Below, piece by piece: positions 1 to 8,667 of a DNA stretch of 32,608 nt (positions are counted from its first letter, which is position 1; each line of letters starts with the position of its first letter). The stretch is taken from IMG/VR virus record IMGVR_UViG_2667527588_000004, one strand, 5' to 3'. Position numbers and translations under genes: made by a program. The DNA is from a virus. Lineage: Duplodnaviria > Heunggongvirae > Uroviricota > Caudoviricetes. The notes under the pieces are model-generated. The model saw only the letters and a program-made list of their open reading frames with translations. It searched no databases and was not told where the DNA came from.

Positions 1-114
1 GAAAAAGTAGCGATCCCCGCCTACCTCGGTCAGGTCGATTTCCCAGAGCACCACGCTGGCCGACTGCTCCGCACGGGTGCATTCATTCAGTGTTTCCTGT
101 GGAATATCCTGCAT
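1..114 (-). CDS. L: Minor tail protein L, N-terminal fragment; the gene continues past the window start
   Basis: Minus-strand ATG at 114..112 preceded by AGGAGG; translation MQDIPQETLNECTRAEQSASVVLWEIDLTEVGG matches the lambda gpL N-terminus as I recall it; sits directly downstream of M as in lambda. Confidence 0.8.
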   Translation of the reverse strand, partial: MQDIPQETLNECTRAEQSASVVLWEIDLTEVGGDRYFF

Positions 115-123
115 CAGAGCCTC

Positions 124-453
124 CTATGCCACGACCTGTTCAAAATCTGCCGTTATGGTTATCCACAGCGCCCCCACGCTTGCCGACCATTTACGACAAA
201 CCACCCTGATCGGCTTCCAGTCATAAGGTGGCGTCCACTGAAATGCGCGGACGCCACCGTGCCGTTCCAGAAAGGCTTTTAAAGATGGGTGTTCACATTT
301 ACGAACACGTATCGTCACGCTGTAAATCGACAACTGGTTATTCAGTCCCGCCGCACGACGCTGTTCATAACCATCGCCCAGCTTCACTGTCACCACTTTC
401 GGCTCTGATACCACATTCATATCCGGGCGCACTTTCCAGTGAAACGTCTCCAT
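124..453 (-). CDS. M: Minor tail protein M
   Basis: 109 aa, same length as lambda gpM, with co-linear similarity (WKV.P.M.V...GDGY.QR...FLE.HGG...W.PPY.W...FEQVV); follows the tape measure gene. Confidence 0.85.
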   Translation of the reverse strand: METFHWKVRPDMNVVSEPKVVTVKLGDGYEQRRAAGLNNQLSIYSVTIRVRKCEHPSLKAFLERHGGVRAFQWTPPYDWKPIRVVCRKWSASVGALWITITADFEQVVA

Positions 454-3400
454 TACCGATATGCTCCACTTAACCGACCACCATCACGGGCCTGCTGTTG
501 CATAAAGTCCGCTGCCGCTTTTTTCCCGAGGTCATAAACCACCTTCAGGGCAGCCGGACCTATCTGCCCGTTCGTGCCATCGTTATTGATCTCGATGTTG
601 TACTGCGGGGCAAACATCGCCATACCTGAACCACCAATATCCGCCACAACCCCCAGCTTACCGTCAGCACCACGACGCAGTGGCAGAATGGCTTCAGGTC
701 CCGCTTCCCCCATCACACCCGCGCCTTTTGCAAAAGCAAAAAACGTCGGACGGTTAACCACCGTGCCACTGTAACGACTCAAATCAGCAGACTGATAAAT
801 CCCCCCATTGGCATTCAGGGAAAGGCTGCTGAGATCAAATCTCAGTACACTGCCAATCCCTTTTATCGATTTCATCATGGTTGCCTGCGCCAGGATTTTC
901 GCCATATCTGACAGCACAGAAGAGGTGAAGGATTTGAAATTGAATTTGCCGGTAGTGACAAAAGTTGCCAGGCCATTTCCCATGTTGCTGAAGGCTGACG
1001 AGAACACCTGTTCTGCTGTTCCTGCCGTATTATCTGCATCCACGGTAAAATCCTGAAATGCACGCAGGACTCCGTTTTTCCAGTTACCCTGCACAACTTC
1101 AAGCTGTTGCCAGTAACGGCGATTCTCATTCAGTTGTCGGTTCAGGCTCTCCGTCAGCGCCTGCTCGGCCTTTCTGTAGTCATCCGTGTTATATGTTCCT
1201 TTCTGCTCACTATCCCGCCTCAACTGCTCCAGCTGTTGCTGGTATTTCTGGCGAAGACTCAGTTGTACCTGATATCGCTGCCGCTGCTGATCACCCATAC
1301 CCACCGTGGCGATATCCAGGTCATGTTGCTGACGCTGAGCGCGCTCTTCTTCAGCCAGTTGACTGGTCAGCTGAATTGTTTTTTTCTTCAGCTCGTTGAG
1401 TGCCGTCTGTTTCTGAAGCTCCTGCTGTTTTACATCCAGCAGCGTCAGTGCCTGAATCAGTTCATCTTTACGGGCCAGCACACTCTTTTCATCTGCCGTC
1501 AGTTTTTTCCCGTCCAGGTCGCTGATGCGCTGCTGCAGAGCCAGAAGCTGTTTATGCGCTTCTGTCATCCTTTCCGTGGCAATGCCTGCTGACTGTCTGG
1601 CAGCAGCAATCTGTCCTTCCACCTGTGCCTGTTGCTGACTGTACTGCAGCAATAACCGGGTGGCCTCATCATTACGGGGGTCGCGTGTTTTTTTCTTACC
1701 GGATGCCAGGGCTTTCTCGTAACGTTCATTTTCACGTTGTATCGCCGCATCCCTGACAGCCTGATCGGCGTACTGCATGGAATTAATACGCGCAATTTCA
1801 CGCTGATGTCGTGCTGCTTCCGTTTCATTCATCCGGTTCAGTGCAGCATTTTCAGCATTACGGCGTTTCTGTTGCTCCTGATAATTCCGCTCTGCCTGCT
1901 CTTTTGCATCCTGCAAATCCTTCTGGCGTTTTTTCTCCTGAAGCTCGTTAAGACGCTGCTGATCGTACTCAACCTGAGAAGATGATGCCGTCCAGGGGAG
2001 TCTTTTCGCCCGCGACACTTTCTCCTGTAAAGCGGAAATCTGTTCATCCAGCGAGTCTTCACGACCAATATTCATGGCCGCATCCCAGAAACGACTCCAT
2101 AAATCAGACAGATACTTCAGCGTACTGCCCAGCGCATTGAGGTTATTATCAATATCCGCAGTACGCCGACCGGTTTCCTCTGCCAGTGCAGACATGGCTA
2201 TCCGTGCCGCATCACTGGACCGCCCCTGTTCCCCAAGGACGCGTATCTGCTCAAGCTGAGTGGCAGTAAGAAAATGCAGCTCATTGTCCAGAGCCTTCGC
2301 GGCATTTACAGGATCATCCTTCAGCCGCTTAAACTGATTTATGGTATCGCTGACCGACTGACCAACCGATCGCTCCATCTGTGCGGCAGCTCTCGCCACC
2401 ATACCGATATCGTTTCCACGAAATGCACCACTCCCCACCACCTGAGCCAGCGCACCGGCTGCAGCATGTTGCGTAATACCATTCCCGGAAATAGCACGAC
2501 TGAGCGTCCACAGCTGCCCGGCAGTGACTCCGGCATAATGCCCCGTCAGCGACAACTGGCGGTTAAATTCTTCCCCCTCCTTCTGACCATCATACCAGGC
2601 TTTACCCAGACCATAGACGGCCGCGGCAATACCGCCAATAACCCCGCCCAGCATCATGCCTTTCGGTGACATCAGTGTGTCTATCCATCCGGCACGGTTA
2701 GCCAGCGTTATCCCGGATCCCCTCAGCGCACCTAAATTGCCGCGAGCCAGTTCACCTATCAGAACGCCTATCTCCTGGCGGGCCGCTGCACTTTTCAGAC
2801 CCAGCGAATGCGTGGCTTTTCCTGCCTGCTCCATTTTGCGGATATACACTTCTGCAGCACTGCTTACCCCCAGCTGGGCAGCCTTAGCACGAAGCAACTC
2901 AGAAGAAGAAAGATTCTGGCGGGTTGCCTGCTCTTTAAGCTGACGGATAAACGCCACTTTCTGTCGGGTAGCCTCTGCCTCAGCCTGCGTAAGAACACCG
3001 GTTTTCGCCGTAACCTCAGAAATCAGCGCCAGATAATCCTGCTGACCAATCCCGCCACTGTTTCTGGCCTGTCGGATCTGCTGCTGAATACGCTGTAATT
3101 CCTGCAGTCCCGCACTGGCCTGTTTCACACTGTCAATCTGACGATAAAACGCGGCAGCCGCTTTATCCTGAGCCTCCGCCAGAGCCATGGCCTGCGCCTG
3201 TTCCTCGCGCATTTTCTGGCTCAGTGCCTCCATACGCTGGCGGGTTTGCTCCACCTCGCGGGCCATGCGTTCATGAGCCTGTGCGCTCTTCTCCACCGTC
3301 TGCGCATGGACGGATGCGGCTGTTGCAGCCGAAGAAGCCGCCTGCATTGTCTGCCGGGCGGCCTGAGTCTGACGCTCCATAAAACGCTGCATACGGGCAG

Positions 3401-3518
3401 AAGACCGTTCTGCATCGCTGGCTGCACCATTCAGAAGGTTTTTGATACGGGGAATTTCATTTTTAAACTCTGCCGCATCAATCCCCAAATCAATGACCAG
3501 GTTGGCTATCTGGTCCAT
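453..3518 (-). CDS. H: Tail tape measure protein (lambda gpH-like)
   Basis: Long coiled-coil-rich ORF with C-terminus INNDGTNGQIGPAALKVVYDL matching the lambda H C-terminus; start chosen at ATG 3518 (MDQIANLVIDL) with GGAGG 7-8 nt upstream; the ORF-track start at 3548 overlaps T. Confidence 0.9.
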   Translation of the reverse strand: MDQIANLVIDLGIDAAEFKNEIPRIKNLLNGAASDAERSSARMQRFMERQTQAARQTMQAASSAATAASVHAQTVEKSAQAHERMAREVEQTRQRMEALSQKMREEQAQAMALAEAQDKAAAAFYRQIDSVKQASAGLQELQRIQQQIRQARNSGGIGQQDYLALISEVTAKTGVLTQAEAEATRQKVAFIRQLKEQATRQNLSSSELLRAKAAQLGVSSAAEVYIRKMEQAGKATHSLGLKSAAARQEIGVLIGELARGNLGALRGSGITLANRAGWIDTLMSPKGMMLGGVIGGIAAAVYGLGKAWYDGQKEGEEFNRQLSLTGHYAGVTAGQLWTLSRAISGNGITQHAAAGALAQVVGSGAFRGNDIGMVARAAAQMERSVGQSVSDTINQFKRLKDDPVNAAKALDNELHFLTATQLEQIRVLGEQGRSSDAARIAMSALAEETGRRTADIDNNLNALGSTLKYLSDLWSRFWDAAMNIGREDSLDEQISALQEKVSRAKRLPWTASSSQVEYDQQRLNELQEKKRQKDLQDAKEQAERNYQEQQKRRNAENAALNRMNETEAARHQREIARINSMQYADQAVRDAAIQRENERYEKALASGKKKTRDPRNDEATRLLLQYSQQQAQVEGQIAAARQSAGIATERMTEAHKQLLALQQRISDLDGKKLTADEKSVLARKDELIQALTLLDVKQQELQKQTALNELKKKTIQLTSQLAEEERAQRQQHDLDIATVGMGDQQRQRYQVQLSLRQKYQQQLEQLRRDSEQKGTYNTDDYRKAEQALTESLNRQLNENRRYWQQLEVVQGNWKNGVLRAFQDFTVDADNTAGTAEQVFSSAFSNMGNGLATFVTTGKFNFKSFTSSVLSDMAKILAQATMMKSIKGIGSVLRFDLSSLSLNANGGIYQSADLSRYSGTVVNRPTFFAFAKGAGVMGEAGPEAILPLRRGADGKLGVVADIGGSGMAMFAPQYNIEINNDGTNGQIGPAALKVVYDLGKKAAADFMQQQARDGGRLSGAYR

Positions 3519-3819
3519 AACGCACACCTCCGGAAATACCTTCCCCAAGATGCATCAGTTCTTCGTCCGTTCGCTCCGGTATCCCGTTCTCTTCCGGTAA
3601 AAGGCTGAAATCAGCCACCGCAGCATCACTGCTACCGGACACCATTCTCACGATCAATGCCTTCAGCGAGGCAAACTGCGCATCCATCCACACATCACTG
3701 AAGCTCTGCATCTGGAAATAATCGCCCCATTCACCAAGCTCAGTGGCCGACATTTCCGACAGCATCCGCCGCCAGTCTGCCCGCCGGAACTCCCGGGCAA
3801 GCCGCATGACAAACTGCAT
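3490..3819 (-). CDS. T: Tail assembly protein T, probably made as a G-T fusion by -1 frameshifting
   Basis: ORF immediately downstream of G in the -1 frame; the T frame is open across the end of G through the GGAAAAG stretch (minus strand, 3850..3844). Confidence 0.75.
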   Translation of the reverse strand: MQFVMRLAREFRRADWRRMLSEMSATELGEWGDYFQMQSFSDVWMDAQFASLKALIVRMVSGSSDAAVADFSLLPEENGIPERTDEELMHLGEGISGGVRYGPDSQPGH

Positions 3820-3827
3820 TTCCCGCG

Positions 3828-4256
3828 TCAGGACTTTTCCGGCGTCAGCACCTCATGCTCCAAATCCCCGGCATTCTCAATGGCTCCCATACCGCTCAGC
3901 GACAGAACCATCTCCGCCCCCGCTCCCAGGGCATCATACGACCATGTTGTAATAACGGATGCGCAAAGCGTCTCAACATCCTGAGACTGTTCCGCATTCC
4001 ACAGTGAGCGGGAAACCAGCCAGGCATTGATATCCATCCCCATCCGCAGAAAAGCAATCTGTCGTTCAGCCTCCGGCAGTTCTCCCTCTTCGGCATCAAA
4101 CTTTGCCGTTCGCTGCTGAACAAACGCCAGATATTCAATTCTCTGCAGCCCGGACAGCTCACTGAGCACCACGGACTGCTTTTCATAATTAAACGAGCCC
4201 TGTTTCAGAAACATCATGTTCTCCACCTGCAAAAAAGCCCCGGATAACCGGGGCAA
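3828..4256 (-). CDS. G: Tail assembly chaperone G
   Basis: 142 aa ORF between V and T, as in lambda where G is 140 aa; acidic C-terminus; -1 partner ORF T follows. Confidence 0.8.
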   Translation of the reverse strand: MPRLSGAFLQVENMMFLKQGSFNYEKQSVVLSELSGLQRIEYLAFVQQRTAKFDAEEGELPEAERQIAFLRMGMDINAWLVSRSLWNAEQSQDVETLCASVITTWSYDALGAGAEMVLSLSGMGAIENAGDLEHEVLTPEKS

Positions 4257-4274
4257 ATGATGAGTATCGTCCTG

Positions 4275-5024
4275 TTAACCTGCGGCGCTGACAGCCACCG
4301 CAGCCACGGCCACAAAATCGCCGTCAGAAGTCATGCCCACAATGCTGACACTGCCCTGCTTCACGCCTTTCACCGTGGCCACAAGCCCGTTCAGGGTCAC
4401 CGTGGCAGTCTGTGGATCTGTCGAATGCACACTGATCGCTTTGTCACTGGCTCCGTCAGGTTTTACTGTAAAGGTCAGCGTGGTGGTTGCTCCCACTTTT
4501 ACACTGGCAGATGCCGGTGCCACCGTCAGCCCGGTAACGCTCACTGTTTCAGTGCCTTCCTCTGCCAGATGCGGACGCCCCACACCGCTGATTTTCACTG
4601 TGCGGGTCATCACGTCTTTTGAGGCAATGGTTTTACCCAGTGAGCTCAGCCAGCCACGGAAAACATCAACAGTGCCGTTGGGATATTTGATACGAAACGC
4701 GCAGACTTCACCGGAGTCGAACAACTGAACCAGTTTTTTCTGCCCGCTGTCACCCGGACGCCAGGCCAGCGTCGCCGAAGTATCACCGACGGATTTCTGC
4801 CCCTGGGTTGTCGTTTTCCAGTCTGCATCTTCATCATCGAGATAAGTGTCATCTTCTGCATCAGCGGTCATTTCGCCAGGTTGCAGATCCTTCACCATCG
4901 CAAGACGCAGCCAGTCAGTGTCCGATAAAGGGTTCGCAAACGCATCGCCCTTGCCGGTGTACATCCAGAACGTCGTTCCCGCACCTTTCGTTTTTGCCAG
5001 TGGATTTGGTGTGGTCATTGCCAC
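4275..5024 (-). CDS. V: Major tail tube protein V with C-terminal Ig-like domain
   Basis: 249 aa; size and position between U and G match lambda gpV; C-terminal third is Thr/Val/Ser-rich beta-strand-like, consistent with the Ig-like domain. Confidence 0.85.
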   Translation of the reverse strand: MAMTTPNPLAKTKGAGTTFWMYTGKGDAFANPLSDTDWLRLAMVKDLQPGEMTADAEDDTYLDDEDADWKTTTQGQKSVGDTSATLAWRPGDSGQKKLVQLFDSGEVCAFRIKYPNGTVDVFRGWLSSLGKTIASKDVMTRTVKISGVGRPHLAEEGTETVSVTGLTVAPASASVKVGATTTLTFTVKPDGASDKAISVHSTDPQTATVTLNGLVATVKGVKQGSVSIVGMTSDGDFVAVAAVAVSAAG

Positions 5025-5029
5025 CTCCT

Positions 5030-5443
5030 TTAATTCGTGTACGTGATCTGGTACGTGATTTCCGCCATCGCCCAGGTGGCCATCTCATTATCACGTTGAT
5101 AGTTAAAACCGAGAGGGATCAGGGTGTCGATGAGTCCGGAAAGTGCCGGTATATCATTCAGAGCCGGGAAAATGGTGCTCTCCATCCACATATCCAGCTC
5201 TGAATCCGGTGCCTGTGCCCGGATGAAGACAGCAATATGCAGAACAGCCTGCCAGTCATCTTCATCCGTCATTTTTCCGGTGTACTGAGCATCACTCAGC
5301 CACACCGCCACGGCAGGCAGTTCCTGCGCATCAATAAATGCCGGAAGCCCGTCAAAAAACGTGGCGCTGTCTCCACACTGTTCCCGAAGGCGTGCCAGTA
5401 CGGCCTGGCGGATTTGTGTATGTCGGTTCATCGGGTCAGCCAT
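5030..5443 (-). CDS. U: Tail terminator protein U
   Basis: 137 aa; similarity to lambda gpU (ATFFDG.PA..D...PAVAV.L..A.YTG.......W.A.LHI.VF..AQ.PDSELD.WMES); between Z and V. Confidence 0.85.
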   Translation of the reverse strand: MADPMNRHTQIRQAVLARLREQCGDSATFFDGLPAFIDAQELPAVAVWLSDAQYTGKMTDEDDWQAVLHIAVFIRAQAPDSELDMWMESTIFPALNDIPALSGLIDTLIPLGFNYQRDNEMATWAMAEITYQITYTN

Positions 5444-6006
5444 AACCTCAGTTGTTGTTTCAGTGCATACCCCAGCTGTTTCGGCATTTCCGCAGCAATA
5501 ATGCGGTCGCGGGCATCTTCAAATGCCTGTGTCAGCGGTCCGGACAGCGGGACTTTCACCACATCAATGGGGTAACGATTTTTGCCATCAATACGCCGCA
5601 TCACATGCCAGCGACCATTCGCCAGTTGCTGAATAAACGCATCCCGGAAAAGATATTTACCCACCTTCAGCACACTGCCACGGTACTGCAGTTTTCCACC
5701 ACGCCGGGCCAGTCTGACCCGGGCTGTCCCCAGCTTAATAGCGGGCAGATTGCCCCGGTTAACGCGGATCCTGGCCGTCATTTTTCCTGACGGACTGGCT
5801 TTAAACACCCGGACACGCTGACGTACCAGTTTCAGGGGGATCCCTTTCACCTGGTTATCTCCCGCAACGGTATTCCCGGCAACCTGCCGGGTGGCGACCG
5901 AGACCGCTTTCTGTGCCACACGGTTTATCGCCCATGCGCTGGCCTGTGGCACCATACGGGTATCAAGGCTGTTCAGATTACGGATGGCATTCTCAAGCCC
6001 CTTCAT
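5428..6006 (-). CDS. Z: Tail completion protein Z
   Basis: 192 aa, same length as lambda gpZ; starts MKGLENAIRNLNSL and contains GRWHVM.R..GK.RYPIDVVK, matching gpZ as recalled. Confidence 0.85.
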   Translation of the reverse strand: MKGLENAIRNLNSLDTRMVPQASAWAINRVAQKAVSVATRQVAGNTVAGDNQVKGIPLKLVRQRVRVFKASPSGKMTARIRVNRGNLPAIKLGTARVRLARRGGKLQYRGSVLKVGKYLFRDAFIQQLANGRWHVMRRIDGKNRYPIDVVKVPLSGPLTQAFEDARDRIIAAEMPKQLGYALKQQLRLWLTR

Positions 6007-6017
6007 CCCACACCTCT

Positions 6018-6293
6018 TTACTCAATAAAGATCATTGGCTTACCGTTAAAACGTTCATGCCGTGTGACCGTCCATTGTTGTCCGTCATAAACAACGCGAT
6101 CCCCGCGCCGTGGGCGGTATCCCGAAGAAAACACCACCAGAGATACCGCAGGTCCGGACAGAGCATTCAGCTCTGCCAGTGTTTCTCCCGGGATCACAGT
6201 CATATCGGCATCATTAATCGAGGCTGTCTTTCCCATCTTTCTGACCGTGATCGCATCCATACGCGCTGCCAGCCGGGAAAAGGGATCAGACAT
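6018..6293 (-). CDS. Head-tail connector protein (lambda FII-like)
   Basis: 91 aa; N-terminus MSDPFSRLAARMDAI and RRGDRVVYDGQQWTV resemble lambda gpFII motifs; located between the head genes and Z. Confidence 0.6.
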   Translation of the reverse strand: MSDPFSRLAARMDAITVRKMGKTASINDADMTVIPGETLAELNALSGPAVSLVVFSSGYRPRRGDRVVYDGQQWTVTRHERFNGKPMIFIE

Positions 6294-6609
6294 TGAGTTT
6301 TACCGGCACTTCTTCTGCACTGGTTCCGGCATCTGCCCAGACAACCCCGACCAGCGGATCAGAGCCGCTGTTAGTCAGCTGAACTTTTCCGGACTTCAGA
6401 TAAACCTTCTTACCCGTTTTCATGTCATCCGTTTTCAGCTTAGGCAGCATAAACACACCTTCGGTCATGCCGTCGCCTGTTTCACCCTGTGGAATATCGG
6501 TCAGCGCCACCGCAAAAACATCACCCACCTGCACCAGATCTCCGCTGCTGATGGCTGCACTGGCAACAATCGCCACCGTTTTTCCTTCTTCTACAAAATT
6601 CTTTGCCAT
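6286..6609 (-). CDS. Small capsid-associated protein, possibly a head decoration protein (DUF2190-like)
   Basis: Start chosen at ATG 6609 (MAKNFVEEGK) with GGAG upstream; Gly/Val-rich small protein immediately after the major capsid gene; family assignment from memory only. Confidence 0.4.
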   Translation of the reverse strand: MAKNFVEEGKTVAIVASAAISSGDLVQVGDVFAVALTDIPQGETGDGMTEGVFMLPKLKTDDMKTGKKVYLKSGKVQLTNSGSDPLVGVVWADAGTSAEEVPVKLNV

Positions 6610-6695
6610 AACTGTCTCCGCACAGCCCCGTTCAGGGGCTGATTTCAGGTACAAAAAAAGCCCTTACGGGCCATCAGAGTTGTTGTCTGCGACGT

Positions 6696-8654
6696 TTACG
6701 CCGTACATTTCACCAGACCGCGGTGATCAACTGGCGCGACACCGGCGTCAATACGCACTTTCGTTGTCACGCCATCCACACTGAAGCCCTCCATCTGATC
6801 AATATATGGCGTATCCACACCGTTGAGATAAGCCACTTCAATCGTATCGGAGCCTTTTGACGCAGCCAGGTAGAAGGTGGTCTGGCTGTTATCATCAAGA
6901 CGAGGCTCTGCAATAACGGTCGCAAAATCTTTCACCGGGTTAATAATACCGGCGTTAATGTCAGCCCCCTTGACACTTGAGGAGCGAATGACCTGGTTAG
7001 CAACAGACTCCATCGCCGTCGGTACCAGTACGAACGCAGGACGAATATTCAAATGACGCTCCCCCTCTTTCTGAACGCGCATCAACTGGCGGGCTTTATC
7101 CAGCGATGCCACGTCCATTGCAGCGCTCTCCAGTACGTTTGCATGTTTCGCTTTATCGAACAGACTTACATTATCTGTGGAGATTTTCGGGTTAGACGTC
7201 AGAATGGCATAAACCAGATCGGCAATAGTGGATTTCGCCGCACGGCCCAGCTTCATCGGGACATCGGTCAGCATATTCAGATCATCATTGATAATGGCCT
7301 GACGGGTGATACTGAACAGCTCGCCATAGGTCGCCAGTGCAATAGTGGCCTGTTTATCTCCGGTGGTGACGTATTTATATTCCGCCCCTTCACGCACCTG
7401 ACGCAGAGCACTGAAGCCCCCCATACCCACACGATGGGCAATTTTAAAATCAGACAACTGACCTTTCCGCGTCCACTGTTCATAGGTTTCAGGGGCATCT
7501 TCCCAGCCCTGCAGAATGGCTTTGTTCGCAACATCCAGCAGAATATTACCGAAGTCAGACGTACTGTGTGTGAACGCCGCACCGACCATCTGCATCGGGT
7601 TATAACTGGAAACCCCAATACCCCGTTCAGTCAGTGACATACGGGCATATTCACGCAGGGTCATCCCGTTGTAGACATTATCACGTTCGGTTTTTTCAAA
7701 TCCGGCACGCGCCATCAGCGCCTGGCGGATCCCGTCCCCCACAAAATTACCGTTACCGGCATAAATATGAGCCGGGGTATTTTTATTGGATGGCGTGGAC
7801 TCGCGCCCCATCTCGTTCAACAGCTTTTCGCGGGCCTGCTCCAGCGAACATTCAGGATCGGCAAGACACTGAGCCTGCAGCGTCTGATAACGCCCGCCAA
7901 ACATGGCAAACAGATCATTAATACCGTTTACACGCGCTTTTTGCTCTGCCAGTACTTGCGCACGGATGCTGTTTTCATCCACCACGGGTGCTGCTGCCTG
8001 CACTGGCGTCCGGGAGGCTTCAGGTTCATTATCCTGTACGCGTGGAGCACTGTTGCGTGGCGGAGTAATCATGTTTCGAATGGATTCCGGCATCTTTTTA
8101 AATTCCTCTGTACGTTTTGACTGAATACATGCCATTGCCTTAACGGCTGGCGTTACCTGATCAGCAAATCCATGTGCCAGACATTCGGCACCGGACATCC
8201 AGGTCTCATCCGCCAGCATGGCAGCAATTTCATCGGTGGTTTTCCCGGTTTTCTGTGCATAAGCGGGTAACAGAACCGCCTCAACTTTATCGAGCAGGTC
8301 GGCATAGGTGCGCATGTCCTCCGCATCACCGCCCGTAAAGCCAAATGGTTTATGAATCATCATGAAGGTGTTTTCCGGCATAATGACCGGGTTTCCCACC
8401 ATCGCAATGACCGACGCCATTGACGCCGCCACACCGTCGACATAAACGGTAATGGACGCACCATGTGTTTTCAGTGCATTAAAAATGGCGATGCCTTCAA
8501 AGACATCGCCACCCGGTGAATTAATATGGAGATTAATATGGGTGATATCGCCCAGTGCATTCAGATCACTGATAAACTGCTTCGCTGTAACACCCCAGAA
8601 ACCAATCTCGTCATAAATATAAATATCCGCGTCACTCTGGTGACCAGCCTGCAT
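6696..8654 (-). CDS. Prohead protease (ClpP/S14-like) - scaffold - major capsid protein fusion
   Basis: N-terminal region carries ClpP-like motifs (IYIYDEIG, INSPGGDVFEG, MMIHKP); middle is acidic and coiled-coil-like; C-terminal ~330 aa looks like an HK97-fold capsid protein; start chosen at ATG 8654, 14 nt after the portal stop. Confidence 0.75.
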   Translation of the reverse strand: MQAGHQSDADIYIYDEIGFWGVTAKQFISDLNALGDITHINLHINSPGGDVFEGIAIFNALKTHGASITVYVDGVAASMASVIAMVGNPVIMPENTFMMIHKPFGFTGGDAEDMRTYADLLDKVEAVLLPAYAQKTGKTTDEIAAMLADETWMSGAECLAHGFADQVTPAVKAMACIQSKRTEEFKKMPESIRNMITPPRNSAPRVQDNEPEASRTPVQAAAPVVDENSIRAQVLAEQKARVNGINDLFAMFGGRYQTLQAQCLADPECSLEQAREKLLNEMGRESTPSNKNTPAHIYAGNGNFVGDGIRQALMARAGFEKTERDNVYNGMTLREYARMSLTERGIGVSSYNPMQMVGAAFTHSTSDFGNILLDVANKAILQGWEDAPETYEQWTRKGQLSDFKIAHRVGMGGFSALRQVREGAEYKYVTTGDKQATIALATYGELFSITRQAIINDDLNMLTDVPMKLGRAAKSTIADLVYAILTSNPKISTDNVSLFDKAKHANVLESAAMDVASLDKARQLMRVQKEGERHLNIRPAFVLVPTAMESVANQVIRSSSVKGADINAGIINPVKDFATVIAEPRLDDNSQTTFYLAASKGSDTIEVAYLNGVDTPYIDQMEGFSVDGVTTKVRIDAGVAPVDHRGLVKCTA

Positions 8655-8667
8655 CCTGAACCAGGAA

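Noticed and set aside
1058-3098. Several plus-strand ORFs of 80-160 aa (e.g. 1107..1592, 2274..2669, 2656..2943) inside the tape measure gene
   Set aside because: They are antisense to a long, well-supported gene, lack ribosome binding sites, and have low-complexity composition typical of shadow ORFs.
7053-8124. Plus-strand ORFs (7053..7637, 7634..7921, 7767..8120) overlapping the protease-capsid gene
   Set aside because: Antisense shadow frames within a strongly supported structural gene, with no independent signals.
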